From contig MU619293.1 of assembly GCA_025201805.1 (NCBI GenBank), forward strand, positions 7,613 to 71,612: a stretch of 64,000 bases of DNA, written 5' to 3'. Position numbers and translations under genes: made by a program. This stretch comes from Parasitella parasitica NRRL 2501. Its lineage: Eukaryota > Fungi > Mucoromycota. Each line of letters begins with the position of its first letter. Within the stretch, counting starts at the first letter, position 1. Positions 36,500-50,428 of the stretch are shown here, in pieces. The notes beneath the pieces were generated by a model, which saw only the letters and a list, made by a program, of their open reading frames with translations, was not told the DNA's origin and did not search any database.

Positions 36500-39226
36500 C
36501 AGTCTGCTTATGGTTTACGAAAAAAAAAAAGTTCAAATAAATGATAAAGGTCATGGCGATTGTGATAATATATATTAGGGTTTCTGATAACAAACCTTTT
36601 ATTTTTGATAAAAGCTGAGAAGTTTCTGAAAGAGAAGAGAAATGTCTCCCTAAGAATATTTCAACTAGGATTTCTAGATTTAAAATGCCCAAGGATAGGG
36701 GACATTTCATAATTGATAAATTATTTCAGATATTTCCGTTAGGTATTTAGACGAGTCTATAGGACTGTATAGGTATTTAAACTAAAAAATGATTAAAACA
36801 CATATCCACAAAACCATGAAAGTATCAAACTGCATATACTAATAAGGCATTAATTTGTACGTATCCGTCAAATTATGCATTTACACAATGGCAGTTTATC
36901 CCTGAATCAAAGTTTAAACCAACCATTACATTCTGTTTTCTCTTTTAATTATATATCTTTTCAAAAATCTTAGCATATCCAAGTAAATGACAATCTCTAT
37001 TTTTATAACTTTGCATTATCATTGTATGTTCTCTGTTAAATCAGCATATCCAATAGCAAGGAAAGAATATACAGTCGGGACTCTTATAAAGGACGGATTG
37101 ATGTACAAAAATGTGTTTGATATAGCAAGTTGTCCCCTATCTAGAATTGATACTCTACAGTACAGTGCCTGGAACTTGGAATCTACCAGAAGCTTATATG
37201 AAGCTTAGCTTTTGTTAGTAAAAGCACCCTCAACCTCAATTTTTACCTCTATTCTACTTTTTATTCTACATTTTTAGCATTAAAATCACAAAAAAAAGGA
37301 ACGCTTGAACTGGCACTAAGTATTATTATAGGCAACAATCGTGGTAGGGCCTCTCTGTTACTAACAATTAGCAGCTTTTGTGAATTATTCACAAATAACA
37401 AGGGGTTATTACAGCAAAACATTGTATTCATTAATTATTCTCTTCTTGTTTTATCATATTACTATGAAGAAAGGTATACTTGTGGTATCAAAATACTTAC
37501 TTTATAGAGCTGTGTCATGTACTAGAATTGATATTGACCTGATATCATTCCCAGATAAATATTTTTTACAGCTTAAAAGTAAAAACTTTAGCTTTATATG
37601 CCATTTCTTGATTGATTTTGAAAATCAAAAATGCTCTAAAAACGCCAGGAATAGTATCCATTGAGAAAAGACTATATTATATATGATTTTGGTGAAATTT
37701 GAGCGTGATTTTTTTTCGATACAAAATGACGGATTTTTTCAATTTTTTCCTTGTATATCCACACATCCAAAATCATCGAAAGTGCATTATCCTCGGTTTT
37801 GACCCCAAAAATGCAACTTTTTATTATGGCATATATTGGAGAAAAATGATCGTAAAAGACCATTCCTTGATCTGAAAGACTAAAAATGCGCTCTGATTAG
37901 GCCAAATATTGACTTTTACTTCTTAATCTGCTTTTTAGATTTTCTCGACAAAATTTCTTCTATAAGCATAGGGGGATCATGAAATGATACCAGTGTGTAG
38001 AGCGCCCAAAAATATAGTTATTATCATAGACTGACAGCCGTGGTATGCATAGTATCACAGGATGATATCTTGCCTCAAAGGAGTAATTTTGGTTTCGAAA
38101 TGTCCAAATGGAGTTTTTAAAAGAATTTTTTCTTCCTGATTTTGGATGCGTTTAATCTCCGCTATTAATGAAAATGGTATAATTTTGAGGAAAGCATTAG
38201 CTTTGAGAGGCTATAGCTTACCCAATTCAATTGATATACAATTGCAAACTAGATTATTTAATTGGCGTACTCTTTGGCTTTCTAATGGTAGTAATTGCAT
38301 GTCTATACCTGGCCTGACGATCTCATGCTCCGATTTTGAAAAATACTTTGCCGAAAAAAGTCAGTAAAGTCGCTACCTTCACCTGATTTCAACTTGAAAA
38401 GTGCTCTTAGCTATGCAAATATGTAATCTAATGATGTCTTATAGTCTAATGCATAACTTTGAATTACTCGTTTTTGTGTTTGAACTCACTAAACACTCTT
38501 TTCTTACATTAACGCACTGAAGTTCGCGTAGACCGAAAAAAAAAAAATCGGGCGCCTAAAATCTACGCTAGCTTTACAAAACTTTTGAACCATTCCAATA
38601 TTATGGAAAAGATGGTACAGGTTTGGCTAGCTGTTCTACTGTGCAACTGGATATAGAGATCCTAGCTTGGTGCTTTTCTGACAAGAACTTCTACGCTAGA
38701 AGACGCCAGATCAATTGAAGGTATAAGAAAATGCCAGAAAAAAGGAAACAACCTGCCACCAGGATAACACACCCATTCATAAAAAATTATCTGTATAGAA
38801 ATTTATGAAATCTCAAAGGCATAAATTTGTTTATCTTGAACCTTGCTCTTCGCAACTGAATCCAGTCAAAGGTTTTTGAACCAAAGTCAACAAACACACT
38901 TACACCCAGAATCACAGATATTTGTCAATAGACAACCGCAAACTTTCTGAAAGGCTACCTTAAACTTTAAGAGGTTAAAGGTATGATGTAGATAGCTTAT
39001 TTCACAACACATTCTCTTTGTATTTTCACTATGAATGAAACAAAGCAATTACTTTTTTTCTCTAAAGACGGAAACCCCCACTTCAAATTTTTTTGAGGAG
39101 ACACTTCACTTCTTTCAAAAACTTCTTGGCTTTTATCAGAAACCCTAATATATATTATCACAATTACCATGACCTTTATCATTTACTTGAAATCTTTTTT
39201 TTTTTTCAGGAACTACAAATTGACAG
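36500..39226. mobile_element. Non-coding element with ~170-bp terminal inverted repeats and TA flanks (Tc1/mariner-like, non-autonomous)
   Basis: 36500-36670 is the inverted copy of ~39070-39226, with shared core AAATGATAAAGGTCATGG..ATTGTGATAATATATATTAGGGTTTCTGATAA. The ends read TA|CAGTC and TA|CTGTC. Confidence 0.75.
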
Positions 39227-39722
39227 TACAATTTTCTTCGTGTCACACATGATTGCATCTAATTTCTTGCAATTGATAGCTTTACTGCAAAAAAAGCAGA
39301 CGTCCTGTTGAGATTCCTTGGTATCGAATTTACTGACATAGAGATGGACTTGCATCCCAAGCCCAGTATAAAGATACCGGTACCAAACAGCACAAGGCGA
39401 AGCCATTCAAAACTATCTTTTGGAAAAGACTGGCCAGCAAATTGTTCTTACTTTGACCAACTAGAAATCGACCTCTTGCATCCATAGATAAAGAGTAAAA
39501 AGGCACAGCATTAAATGGGAATTGAAAGTGCCATTATTCCATATACCGTAACGATAAATAATGCAGCTTTATTTCATTTACAATGGTGATAAAATATATG
39601 TACTAATTCGATGCTGTGCTTATGTTTGTGTTTATATGCAAATGATTCCTTTCCGTGAAAAATAAAGTGGATAACAATAATGGGGTTGTATGGTTATGTA
39701 TATGAGAATAAGAGACAACCGT

Positions 39723-41888
39723 TTAAAGAGGAACGCCATGAACTCTCACACGATAAAGATCTGTGTGATCCGAGTTGCCCCAGTTTGACTTGATCTTGAA
39801 GAGCACAGCACGGTAACTCTCTGTAGGATTGCTGTTCACAGTAAATGTCTGCACAGGCTTGGCGCTATTGTTAATGTCGTAATACACTCGGCCAAGAGAA
39901 ACCAATTCTTCCTTATGTCCATAATTACCATAGTCCCTAATTCCGTAGATTTCAATGTCTTTTGGCGCGCTATCAATATGCTGTAACAGTATGTTCTTGG
40001 AGGGGTGTTCAATGGTAACGCTTTGTATCATAATAGGCTCACTCAACAAAACGCCCAATCTACCGGAATGGCCAGCCATAGACCAACATTCACCGACATG
40101 TGTTTCAGGGCGAATAGCCAACTCTGGAGGGTGTGCGATTACAGCCAACCCAGCAGCTTTGCGAAGCCTTTGAATCCAGGGAGACACTGACTCGTAAGTT
40201 GGGCTAGTCTTTGAAAAGATAATGTGACCTCCTCGAGACGCCAAAGCAAAATCTGCAGAATCCAGCATATCCTGGTGGTACTTTTCCACAGCAGAAGCGA
40301 CAAGTTGGCTTAAAGAGAGCGTTTCTGTCGGATCGCCTTTCTTCCCCTTTAATCGCTTCACCAAGTCATTTGTGATTAAAGACAGAAAAGCATCTTTACT
40401 GACAATGGCGCCGTTCTTTTCTTGCCTTTGGAAGAAATGGTCCATCTGCCCCTCGAGATACCTGTCGATAGCAGCCTTGTTTTGCTTGAGGAACTGATCC
40501 CAAGAGTCGGCATTGTGTAGATGTTCGTAGAAGCTTGCGGGTAGCTCGAATCTATTGTCTTTGTCTGTGGGAATCAGTATGCTATCAGGCAGCTGTCGGT
40601 GCTGCTTGGCCGAAAACAGTTTGCGTAAACTACTGTCCAACTTGTCATGCAATGCGTTGATCTGTGTCTGTTGATTATTGATAGCCGTCCACAACTTGGA
40701 ATATTCATTGTTGGCATCTGCACCGAGTTTGGCGTATTTATTATCTACTCCTTTGGTAAATTCTGCAAACTGACTGTGGAATTTGTCGAGTCTCGAGGCC
40801 AATAATTGGTATTCATTGTTGATTAATTTCAAGTGCTGTCGATCCAGACCATTCATGCTGGCTGGAGTGGACACGGATGGCATGCTGGATTGTATGTTTG
40901 ACCTGATCGTTGCAGCCCAAGCAGGAATAGCGGATCGCCCTGGATAATGATATTTGGTTGCCAGAATCATCAAGACAACAAGTAAGGACGCCGTGCACCA
41001 ATGTGTGAATCTCCGTCTTATGTCCGTGCCTGGAATTCGCTTTTTTCTGTTATTGGTGGGCATTCGAGACCACAGATAAAAGAGCGGGTCAACGACCACC
41101 GTTGACACAATCATTGTAATGAAAGTGATGGTGCGAATGATGGGCTCTTTGATGATCCAGAATACCATGAAAAGGATAAACACGACCGGCTTTAGTATTA
41201 GATAAAAGTTGTGGTGCTCGCCATCTTGCAAGGCTACCGAGTCTGCAATGGCTTTCTCCATTGATTTGTCACCCTCTTGAAAATCAAACACTGTAGAAGC
41301 AGACCACAAGAATGAATTGTGTTTGCGTTTGGGTGAAGTGGGCACATTCTGTACTGATGAAAGATTTGATATTTGAGAGACTAGCTGGCGTTGTCTTTTT
41401 TCCTCCAGCGGGTTTCGCACAAGCAATTCAACCTCTTTAAACACTCCAAAGTCGTCATCATCGTCATCATCATCGCCGCCGCCGTCGTCCTCGTCGTCAT
41501 TATCATCGTCTTTGTAGTCTGGGAGATTGGTGTGTTTTCTGCTGTAATAGTTGTCAAGGCTAGGTGTGTTGTTGAAAGCGCTTGGATTTCGCGAAAGTTC
41601 TATCATTAACATACAAGCATCAAGACGCTGTTTCCGTAGCGAGGATTCAGTCTTACCTCGTAATTCAGGGTCATTTTTTATCGCTTCATGGTCAATCTTA
41701 TTGATATCGAGATAATCCGCCTCTTCTTCAGAGCTTCTGTTTAATTGGCTGTAGCCACTGCTTCGTGAAGCCGAAAAGGCTGTTGCTATATTCACCGAGG
41801 TCCCAAGACTCTCTGTATGCTGTGGAAGCCTGTCTCGTGGACTTGGCACGGGTGAAAATGAATGTGTTGAGCGATACGGTGAAGACAT
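39723..41888 (-). CDS. SUN-domain nuclear envelope protein (Sad1/UNC-84)
   Basis: TM segments, coiled coil, ADFALASRGG, GECWSM, VTIEH, SAPKD, SNWG...LYRVRVHG. Confidence 0.92.
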   Translation of the reverse strand: MSSPYRSTHSFSPVPSPRDRLPQHTESLGTSVNIATAFSASRSSGYSQLNRSSEEEADYLDINKIDHEAIKNDPELRGKTESSLRKQRLDACMLMIELSRNPSAFNNTPSLDNYYSRKHTNLPDYKDDDNDDEDDGGGDDDDDDDDFGVFKEVELLVRNPLEEKRQRQLVSQISNLSSVQNVPTSPKRKHNSFLWSASTVFDFQEGDKSMEKAIADSVALQDGEHHNFYLILKPVVFILFMVFWIIKEPIIRTITFITMIVSTVVVDPLFYLWSRMPTNNRKKRIPGTDIRRRFTHWCTASLLVVLMILATKYHYPGRSAIPAWAATIRSNIQSSMPSVSTPASMNGLDRQHLKLINNEYQLLASRLDKFHSQFAEFTKGVDNKYAKLGADANNEYSKLWTAINNQQTQINALHDKLDSSLRKLFSAKQHRQLPDSILIPTDKDNRFELPASFYEHLHNADSWDQFLKQNKAAIDRYLEGQMDHFFQRQEKNGAIVSKDAFLSLITNDLVKRLKGKKGDPTETLSLSQLVASAVEKYHQDMLDSADFALASRGGHIIFSKTSPTYESVSPWIQRLRKAAGLAVIAHPPELAIRPETHVGECWSMAGHSGRLGVLLSEPIMIQSVTIEHPSKNILLQHIDSAPKDIEIYGIRDYGNYGHKEELVSLGRVYYDINNSAKPVQTFTVNSNPTESYRAVLFKIKSNWGNSDHTDLYRVRVHGVPL

Positions 41889-42159
41889 TGCCAAGTGTAG
41901 TAAAGAGATAAAAAGGGGGGAGGGGAGGAGGGACACGACAGTTACGCTCACACATCTGTCCGCTTGCAGCCAAAAGGAGAGAGTGACTTGGCAGTCTGAG
42001 CATGGGATGACACAGTGCACAAGAACAATACACTCGCCTTCAACAACTCTGAATAGGTTTCACAGCGAATTTTTATTGAAAAAAAAAAAAAATAGAGACA
42101 ATTAGAAAAATAAATTATTAATAGTATTAGAAAATTGAGTAGGTTTAAGCTATGCTTGT

Positions 42160-44680
42160 TTACAAAGCAACAGTTTCTTCCTTTTGAGTGTGCTGCAGAT
42201 GCTGGTTTTCAACAGGAGCATACATGGCGTCGCCTTGCAAGTGTTCCTTGGCAATCTTGATTTCATCATCGTCGTCCAGATGATCCGCAATCTTGGAGTG
42301 GTGGCTAGATGTATCAAATCCACCAGCACCAGTACCAGCACCAGCACCTTCAGTCTCATAATCTCCATTAACGGATTGCCAATTATCGACGCTAACTCCA
42401 TCATTGATCTCCTCGTCAGCGACAGTATGATTGGCCAATTGGGGCTGAGGAGGCTGTGGCTCTTGCTGTTGTTGAGAAACAAAGCCGGATTCGTCGACAT
42501 CAGCAGCAGACGGTGGAAATACCTGATTGTTGATGTCGGTAGAAGTGGGCGTTACAGGTGTGATGGGATCATCTGTTGCACTTCTTGATTGGTCTTGTCC
42601 CAAGGTCTTTTCAAAGTCTGGATGCTGATTCACATCAAGAGCCCCAGCAGCCGTGGCTCCGGCAGCGGAACCAGTAACTACGGCAGCTGCAGGATGAGGC
42701 AACTGTTCATTACGCAAAGAGTTGGCAGCAACGGGTGTTTGGCTTCCGTCGTCATCTGTGTGATGCTCATCGATGGTAGGATGATGGTCTCCAAGAACTG
42801 GGTCTTGCTCTTCTTCCAAAACGGGATCGAGGTCGTCTTGACGAGTACCAGAAGGCCCAGAAGCATTGTATGAAGAAGGAGTAGCGTTTGCGGGTCTTTT
42901 GTCTTTCTCCAGAGTGGGAGGAGGCTGTTCGATCAAGGGCAGTGTACTAGCAGGCAAAGGAGGCAAATCTCTGTTCTGCTGCACAGATGAGAACCCGTTT
43001 TGTGCCGTGTCAAAGAGCGGAACAATTCTGAACTGGTCAGCAATACGAAGCAGTGCCTCAAACCACTCTTGGGCATCTTTGGAGTTTCTAGCACGGAATG
43101 TATAGCGAGTGCCTAAACCCATTGATGAACGCTTGTCTTTTCCACGAAGCTCAAAAGAGCCCTCCTGATCACGCTCAATAGAGCAATGGGGCACAAAGAC
43201 GGTGTAGTTTGGACGCAAAGGGTTTGTCTGAAAATGTTTGGGGGTTTTATAACCGTGCAAAAAACCAGCTATTTTTTTTTTTTAAATATATATATAATCA
43301 TAGATAGTTAGTATACGTGTATGTTAGTATGGGGGCTAAAACCGACCTGGCGTGAGCAAGTAGACACCCTCAGTCCATCCTTTCATGACGCCTGTCTTTA
43401 TTTGAAGAGGCCCAATCTTGATGGCACGCACAAATTTGCTATCTTGGTTGGGATATTCCACCATGTTCTCGGTCTTGTAAGCAGAGTTCTCCAGGATCAA
43501 ATTGTACTGATTGCGACGGACAAACTCATTCCACTCCAAAGTGGGTCTGATACCGTTGAAGGTCTCAACCACTTTACCAATAAATTCCTTGTGCTCTATT
43601 TTATTTTTTAGCCTGAATTCTTGCAGCTTCTGAAGGACATAGCGAGTATTTTCGACGATCTTTTGCTCAAAGATACCGGTTTCCTTTTGCAGGTTAAGAA
43701 TGTTGTCATGGAGACGGTTTTCGTGATCGCATAATTCGCGAACTGCATGAATGATGCCCAGATTGATCAAAAAGGGATCCGTGTTCTCGTTTGCGGTCTG
43801 AGGAGAGCGGTTACAGCACTCGATAACTTTATCCAATCGACTGATGAGCTTGTCCACTTGCATACGGCTTTCAAAGATCTCGGTGCTCTTGAGCGCCTTG
43901 TCCTTTTGAATGGCCACAATCATGGTCTTGGTGTCATTCTTGATGGCACGAAGAGCAGGAAGGACGGCCTTTTCGAGATAGCCAGCCGACTCGTGATGTA
44001 GCATGCCGTGCTGCATTGTGTAGTCGCGAAGAGACGCCCAAACATCCTGAATACCGCCAGTGCCCATTTCGAGAAACTGGCCATTGGATTTCTCAAATGG
44101 CAAGACAACTTCTCTGGAAGCAAGCACAAGACCCTTTGAAGTTTTGAGCTCTACAGCAACAATCTTTTTAAACAGGCCAACCTATACAATAAGACGGATT
44201 AATGATTTTGTGCATAAAACACACCATGCTGTTTTTACTTGCCAGGTTTTTAATGGCCAATCTCCATGACTCCAATCGACTGGTTAAAAGTATGACCGGA
44301 TCTATGCCATTGTCCATGCGATAGATCTGTTTGGAGGATCTGGACTCGCGAGGATGACGGATGGCCATACGCTTTGGAGCAGCCGAAAACATGGGAGGAG
44401 GCTCACTTGAAGAGTCAATTTGCAGCTTGGATTGGCGATCAGTCCACGGTACACCTTGCTTGGCGACGCTCAATCTTCTGTTGATGCCAGGATCAGATGA
44501 AGGCACTAGCTGTTGCTGATTTTGGCCATTTTCATCAGAATTTCTCCAGTCTATAGAAGGCAATGATTTCTGGCCAGGCATCATGAGCTCGTTGCTATTG
44601 GTTACTTGAACTTCAGGCATTGCAATGCCCTTTGGCAAATGAGGTAATACATTTGCTTGTTGTTGTTTACGATTTGGCAT
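42160..44680 (-). CDS. Slm1/Slm2-like BAR + PH domain protein
   Basis: SRLESWRLAIKNL helical region, EWNEF, and PH domain YLLTPAGFLHGY...YTFRA...WFEAL. Confidence 0.75.
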
Positions 44681-45021
44681 TATTACTAGATTAAACAAAC
44701 AAAAGAGAAGAGACAAACAAACAAACAAACAAATCAAATCAAAAACTTTATACTTTTTTTTTTTTTTTTTTTTTCTCGACATGTTTGACTTTATGCAGTG
44801 ATGTAAAGCTATAGTTTGAGACATTCATTGCTTATTTGTCCACACGGAAAATTCAGCTTGAAACCCATCATTTAGGATAAAATTCAAAAAAAGTCGTCAG
44901 TGCAGACAACAAACGATGCGAAAAAAAAAAAAAAAAGAAACTACTGTATATAAAAGGCAAGGTGAAGGGAGGTCAAGCTGTGCTGTATTCCACCATTGTT
45001 GCTTCCTTTTATATTAAAACA

Positions 45022-45963
45022 ATGACTATTGGCTTTGATCAAGACCTTCCGTCTGATGTATACGAGTACAATGAGATCCGCAAAAACATGGACTGGGAAA
45101 AGTCTGGCGTAGCTTCACTTTTGAAACCTCCTCCAGTGTCCCAACACCTGCCCTCGTTTGACGCTAAAGGAAATCCCTGCTTTAAGCCTTATCGTGGCTC
45201 TGGAAAACTGCAAGGCAAGTATGCCTTAATCACTGGAGCTGACAGCGGCATTGGCAGATCAATTGCTACCTTGTATGCTTTGGAAGGTGTTGCTGGTATT
45301 ACAATTGTCTATCGCGATGAACAAGAAGACGCTGATGCCATGTATACCAAGACAACCATAGAGGCTCAATCTGATTGCAAGATCAACTTGATTGCTCAAG
45401 ATGTCGGCTATGAACACACATGCAAGGAAATCTTGAATTCCCATCTTGACGCGTTTGGCAAACTGGACATACTTGTCAACAACGCTGCTGAGCAGCACAA
45501 GGTTACGCGTGTCGAGGATCTTGATTGCGACACTGTCGAAAGGACCTTCCGCACCAATGTATTTGGTCCTATTTTCATGACAAAATTGGCCGCCAAGTAT
45601 CTCGTTGCTGGTGGTGTCGTCATTAACACTGCCTCCATCGCTGCCTATCGTGGTATGGATGTCCTTGTCGACTACTCTGCTACCAAGGGCGCTGTCGTCT
45701 CTTTCACCCGTGCGCTTTCCCAACAATTGGCCCCTCGCCGCATTCGTGTCAATGCAGTTGCTCCAGGCCCTGTTTGGACTCCACTGATCCCAAATACGTT
45801 TACTCGTGAGGAGATCCAAAACTTTGGCTCTTTCCCTCCCTTCAAGAGACCTGCTCAACCTTGTGAGATTGCGGCTTCCTTTGTATTCTTGGCCTCGGAT
45901 GATTCTTCTTTCATGACAGGTCAAGTCGTCCATCCTAATGGTGGTACTGTAGTCAACACTTGA
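45022..45963 (+). CDS. Short-chain dehydrogenase/reductase (glucose/ribitol dehydrogenase-like)
   Basis: TGADSGIG, LVNNAA, YSATK, VAPGPVWTP. Confidence 0.92.
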   Translation: MTIGFDQDLPSDVYEYNEIRKNMDWEKSGVASLLKPPPVSQHLPSFDAKGNPCFKPYRGSGKLQGKYALITGADSGIGRSIATLYALEGVAGITIVYRDEQEDADAMYTKTTIEAQSDCKINLIAQDVGYEHTCKEILNSHLDAFGKLDILVNNAAEQHKVTRVEDLDCDTVERTFRTNVFGPIFMTKLAAKYLVAGGVVINTASIAAYRGMDVLVDYSATKGAVVSFTRALSQQLAPRRIRVNAVAPGPVWTPLIPNTFTREEIQNFGSFPPFKRPAQPCEIAASFVFLASDDSSFMTGQVVHPNGGTVVNT

Positions 45964-46225
45964 GCAAATTTCTTTTGTTAAAATAAAAGACTTTCAGTCA
46001 TAAACGTATCTGTTAAAATGTCTAGCTGTTCAAGCTGCTCTTACATGGCAGAATACAATGCCTTACATGTATATATATATATATATATATATTATGACCC
46101 TCTTTGCACGTTGTTGAAAATCTCAGGTAGTGAATACTATATTTGCTGTATATTATTACGTAAAAGAAAACAAAACAAAACAAAAAACTTTGCATTAACG
46201 TAAACCATGTAAAGAGTGGCTTTAT

Positions 46226-49200
46226 TTACGCAAATCCAGATTCTTTCAATCTTCTCGCAATAGTATCTTCGTCTTTTTCTCTACACAATAAAACAAAACT
46301 GCGAGTCAGAAACATATTCACATCTGCATCAATGTGCCATTTGTTACCTTGGCTCTGCTATTAAACTAATTTTGTACAACTCTTCCTCTTCTCTGCTCGA
46401 ATGCAAATGTGTCTTGATAAATTCTTGAATATCGGGGACTGCAGCCAGCATGTAATGCGTCGACTGATGTTGCTGAAGGTCGCGGATAACTTCGGCAGTC
46501 TTCATACGCTTTGCAAAGTTGATCAGATTCTTTGATTTTTTGAGGAAGTTTGCGTTGCCGTCTTCAATAAAGGTCAAATCTTGCAAGTAGATACCCAGAA
46601 AAGGGATGCAGGGCGGGTTGACGTTGTGGATCATGTTTCTGTACTCACTAAAGTTTTTATTTGAACCCATCAATTTTCTAATGCTTTGCAGCACTTGCAT
46701 GTGGCGAGCACTGAGCAGGGCCCAGGTACGCTTCAGTCTACCGATGGAGCCATTGTCGAATGCAGATAAAATAGCCATGCAGGTGTTGTAATTGTGCAGT
46801 TGTCGGCACTTTTCTGCGACGTAAATCCAGTGTCTTACTACATACGCTCTTTTCTTGGGGTCTCCGTTATTGCTGAGGATTGAATCTGTCACCCAGGCAG
46901 TTATCTGATTTGAGTGCTCAATCGATGCTCGGACATTTGCAGCAATGTGCTTTTGGTCTGTATCAGGTTTTCCCCAGTTTTTGTCCAGACATTCAACGGG
47001 TTTAATCTTATTATACAGTCTAAAGTCCATAATGGTCATCTGTCTTGCTAGCTCGAGTGGATCCAAGTCCAAGATTTTCATACGCTTCATGTTCTTTGGC
47101 AAAATCGGCACAGGCATGTCTTCTGCACGCACGCTCAGCTTCATCTTACGGATCTGACTAGAGTCCTCTGCAAGCATACGCTTCTTGATCAACTTCATCA
47201 GTTGTTCTGCGCCGAATTTCATCGACTCTACAATGACATGCTCAGTGAAATGGATGATTTCCGGTAGAAATGGTCGATCTTCTTCCTCATTAAAGTATGT
47301 TTCCAGCCAGGATTTGATAACATTAAAGACTCTCAAGCGCACCAGCTTGAGTTTCTTTTCTTTCCATATCTCTAGATCCTTTGGCGTCAATTCCTCAGGT
47401 GCAGGCAGTTGGTATCTGTTAAACAGCTCATCAAAAAGCTCTTGCGTGGTACAAAAGGACCTATACGTCAACAAAAACGTCGAGTTGAAAGCAGAATCTA
47501 CATGGATATCAGTAAAGTCTTATTACTACTACTACTACTACTACTATTACACTGTCCCCCCCCAAACACCCCAGCTAACGTAGAACTTACCCAATTGATC
47601 ATGTTGTGTTAAATGTTGTACCAGACAATGTAAGGTTCCGCCCTTAACACTTCCATCCAAGGTAAACATCATTTCGTTAGGATCAATGTTAGGTATCAAA
47701 AACCATGGCGTTTCTACACCCCCCTTGGTGACGATAGTAGAGAAATTTCCAGTACCTGTTGGTGAGAGAGGGCTTGTAGCAGTGCTTACGGTCATATTGC
47801 TCATTGTGGGTGACGTTACTAGTGTATCTCTGCAGCGAACTGCTCCTGTGGGATCTTCGCCAAAGAATGTAGCAGACTTTGCATCTTTATTTTGCTGTCC
47901 TGCCTGGTCGGATGTCATATCACTATGGCAACTACCGCCATCACTAAGCGTGTCCTCTGTTGCTTCAGTTGGCGCGTTTGATCCCATATCCAATTGGCGA
48001 ATGCTATTGGCCAGCTCTTTTGCTGACTGTCCGTCATCTTCAACCGAAAACAAACTGGCTGTAGCTGTGGTTGCTGGAGAAGCATGGCTATTTAGTTTTT
48101 GGGAAGGAGTGGGTGTGTCGCCCTCTTCGCCAAGTTGCTGCTGCTGCTGCTGCTGCTGCTGTTTGGCCATCTCGACAACATCACCGATGCCTGCCTCGAT
48201 AGCATTAAAGCACTCCTCAAGGCGCTGGCGAGCGATTTGCACCTGCTCTTGGTTCAGTTCAGAGCTTGTGATTGATTGAGATACTATAAACAAGGAGCCC
48301 ATAGCAGAGTAAATTGGTTGCTTGCACTTTACTAGTTCAGGCGCAACTTGACTCATCTCCTCTACCGTGTTTAAGAAATCGCTAATTGTATTGCTGAGAT
48401 TGCGGAATTGAGCGACCATCAAAGGAGCGTTAGAGTTTAGTACTTCTAACGTAACTTGAAGATCCTGCTGGCGAAACGTCTCGCTGACGCTTTCGCTAAA
48501 GGAACTCATGGCGCCTCGCACATTGTCAGCCAAGACAAGCGTCGCTGTTACCATGTCTGACCTACCGATCATGGAGTTTAAGGGGTTCGCTTTCCAAGGC
48601 TCGTCCGCAAGTGTGGGTTTTACATCTTTCAACTGGATCTCCATTTCTTGCGCGCAAGTCATAAAGTTGCGGACAGCAATCAATACTTCGTCCGCATCAG
48701 ATTCCAACTTGGTCAATGATTCAGGTGTCGGCCAGGCGCTAGACGCAACTTTGGTAGATAAAACTAGCTTTGCAAGCGCTGCCAGTAAAGTGCGGTGCAG
48801 GTTGCGTAAATTCTTATGCTGATTGAGGTGAATTGATGTTTCCTTGTCCAGGCATTGGGTCACGTACAGCATCATTCGGATACCTTGCACAACAATGGTC
48901 GAGTCTTGGAAAAAGTTCTTGTTGTAGCCCTGCCTGACAGAATCTTTGAGCTTGTGGATTGCATGAGCAATGATGTACGACAAATTCTGCCATGTCACTG
49001 GCTCCTGGGTGGCAATCTCATCACCGTCGCTGTTCAAACTGCACGGCCTCTCGTCTGCTGTTGGCTGAGGATGATAGGCCTCCTCCTCCTCCTCCTTCTC
49101 CTCCTTCTCCTCCTCCTCCTTCTCCTCCTCCTTCTCTTTTTGATCCATTGCGGGGAAAGGTGACTCAGGCACCGAGGACATCTACAAACAGCTTGTGCAT

Positions 49201-50349
49201 CAGTAATGCGGTACACGCGCATATCCTTTTATGGGCAGTTTGTCTTACCAAGACACCAGTGTCAGGATCGATGTTTTCCAAGGCCCAAGTGGCTTCCTCA
49301 GTCTTGACGTTGTAATAATAATACCTGCCTTTAGGGGTTACATTGCGCACCCAATTTGGAGGCAACTGCATGAATTAGGAGTAAGTATATGTTTCTCAAC
49401 AGTGATACCAGTCATACCCTGTCATCATCTCGAAATTCCTCTTCCAATTCCTCTTTTAGTAATGATGGAATACCAGATGCTGCACAATGATTGTATGGGT
49501 GATCCTCAATGACTGCACGATTGGCTGCACGAACAGGACGTACAGGAGGGCGCTGAATTTGCTCTTGCATTTCGTTTATGGAGGGAGATGAGGGGGAAGA
49601 AGGGGAGGGAGAGGAGAGGTCATCAATATGGCCATTCGTGGAAGCAAGTGCCTGCTTTACTTTTTCTTCCATGCCCATCTCAGGAGGAATAGAATATCTC
49701 ATCTCTTGTGTGCGTGTATTGTAATAGTACTGTTCTGATCCGTCCTCCGTTGTCTGCAATATCCAGCCAGACGTGTCCTGGGTTTGCTGTGCCGGAGCAA
49801 TTTCTCCTGCTGGCATCACCATTTCTGAAGCATGTAGACTCAAACGTAGACGATGTCGCATTTCCTGGTCCAACAAGCGTTGGCGCTGATAATCAGCTGG
49901 TTGTTGGTGATGATGGAATTGTTGTTGTTGCTGTAGTACTAGTTGCTGTAGTTGTTGTTTTTGTTGTTGTTGTCTGAAACGCCATCGTTCCTGTAGTTCC
50001 CACAGCTGCATGTTATTTTACAAGTTAGACCAAGATTTCATGAATTTGCATATTTCAACTATTACTTCGTTTTCGTCAGGTATATGAGACTCTTCTTCTG
50101 GACTCAGTACCTCGACATAGTTGCTAGGAAACCATCCTCTTTTTCCATTTGACCTACGTTACAGTTGAGACACAATTTAAGGTTTTATTTCCAACTATTA
50201 CAAACATACCATCCATCCCACCAACCCGACTCGAGTTGAGCCAAGACATCAATAATGACATATGGTTGAAATGATAATGAGGCCGGATCATTAGATTCGT
50301 ACGGATATAGCGCTCTCACTCGACAAATTATTTCTCTCTTGTCGCTCAT
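46226..50349 (-). CDS. Cdc25-like Ras GEF with SH3 and WW domains
   Basis: SH3 (RALYPY...GWWDG...GWFPSNYV), two WW domains, REM (LLTYRSF) and CDC25 domain (PPCIPFLGIYLQDLTFIEDGN). Confidence 0.92.
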
Positions 50350-50384
50350 TTGTACATGTAATTTGGGTGCAAAGATGAAAAAAG

Positions 50385-50387
<3 letters not shown>

Positions 50388-50424
<37 letters not shown>
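50388..50424. repeat. (GA)n microsatellite
   Basis: Pure AG run upstream of the RasGEF start codon. Confidence 0.9.

Positions 50425-50428
<4 letters not shown>

Noticed and set aside
45259-45933. 224-aa antisense ORF over the SDR gene
   Set aside because: Shadow ORF of a codon-biased gene; no independent motifs.
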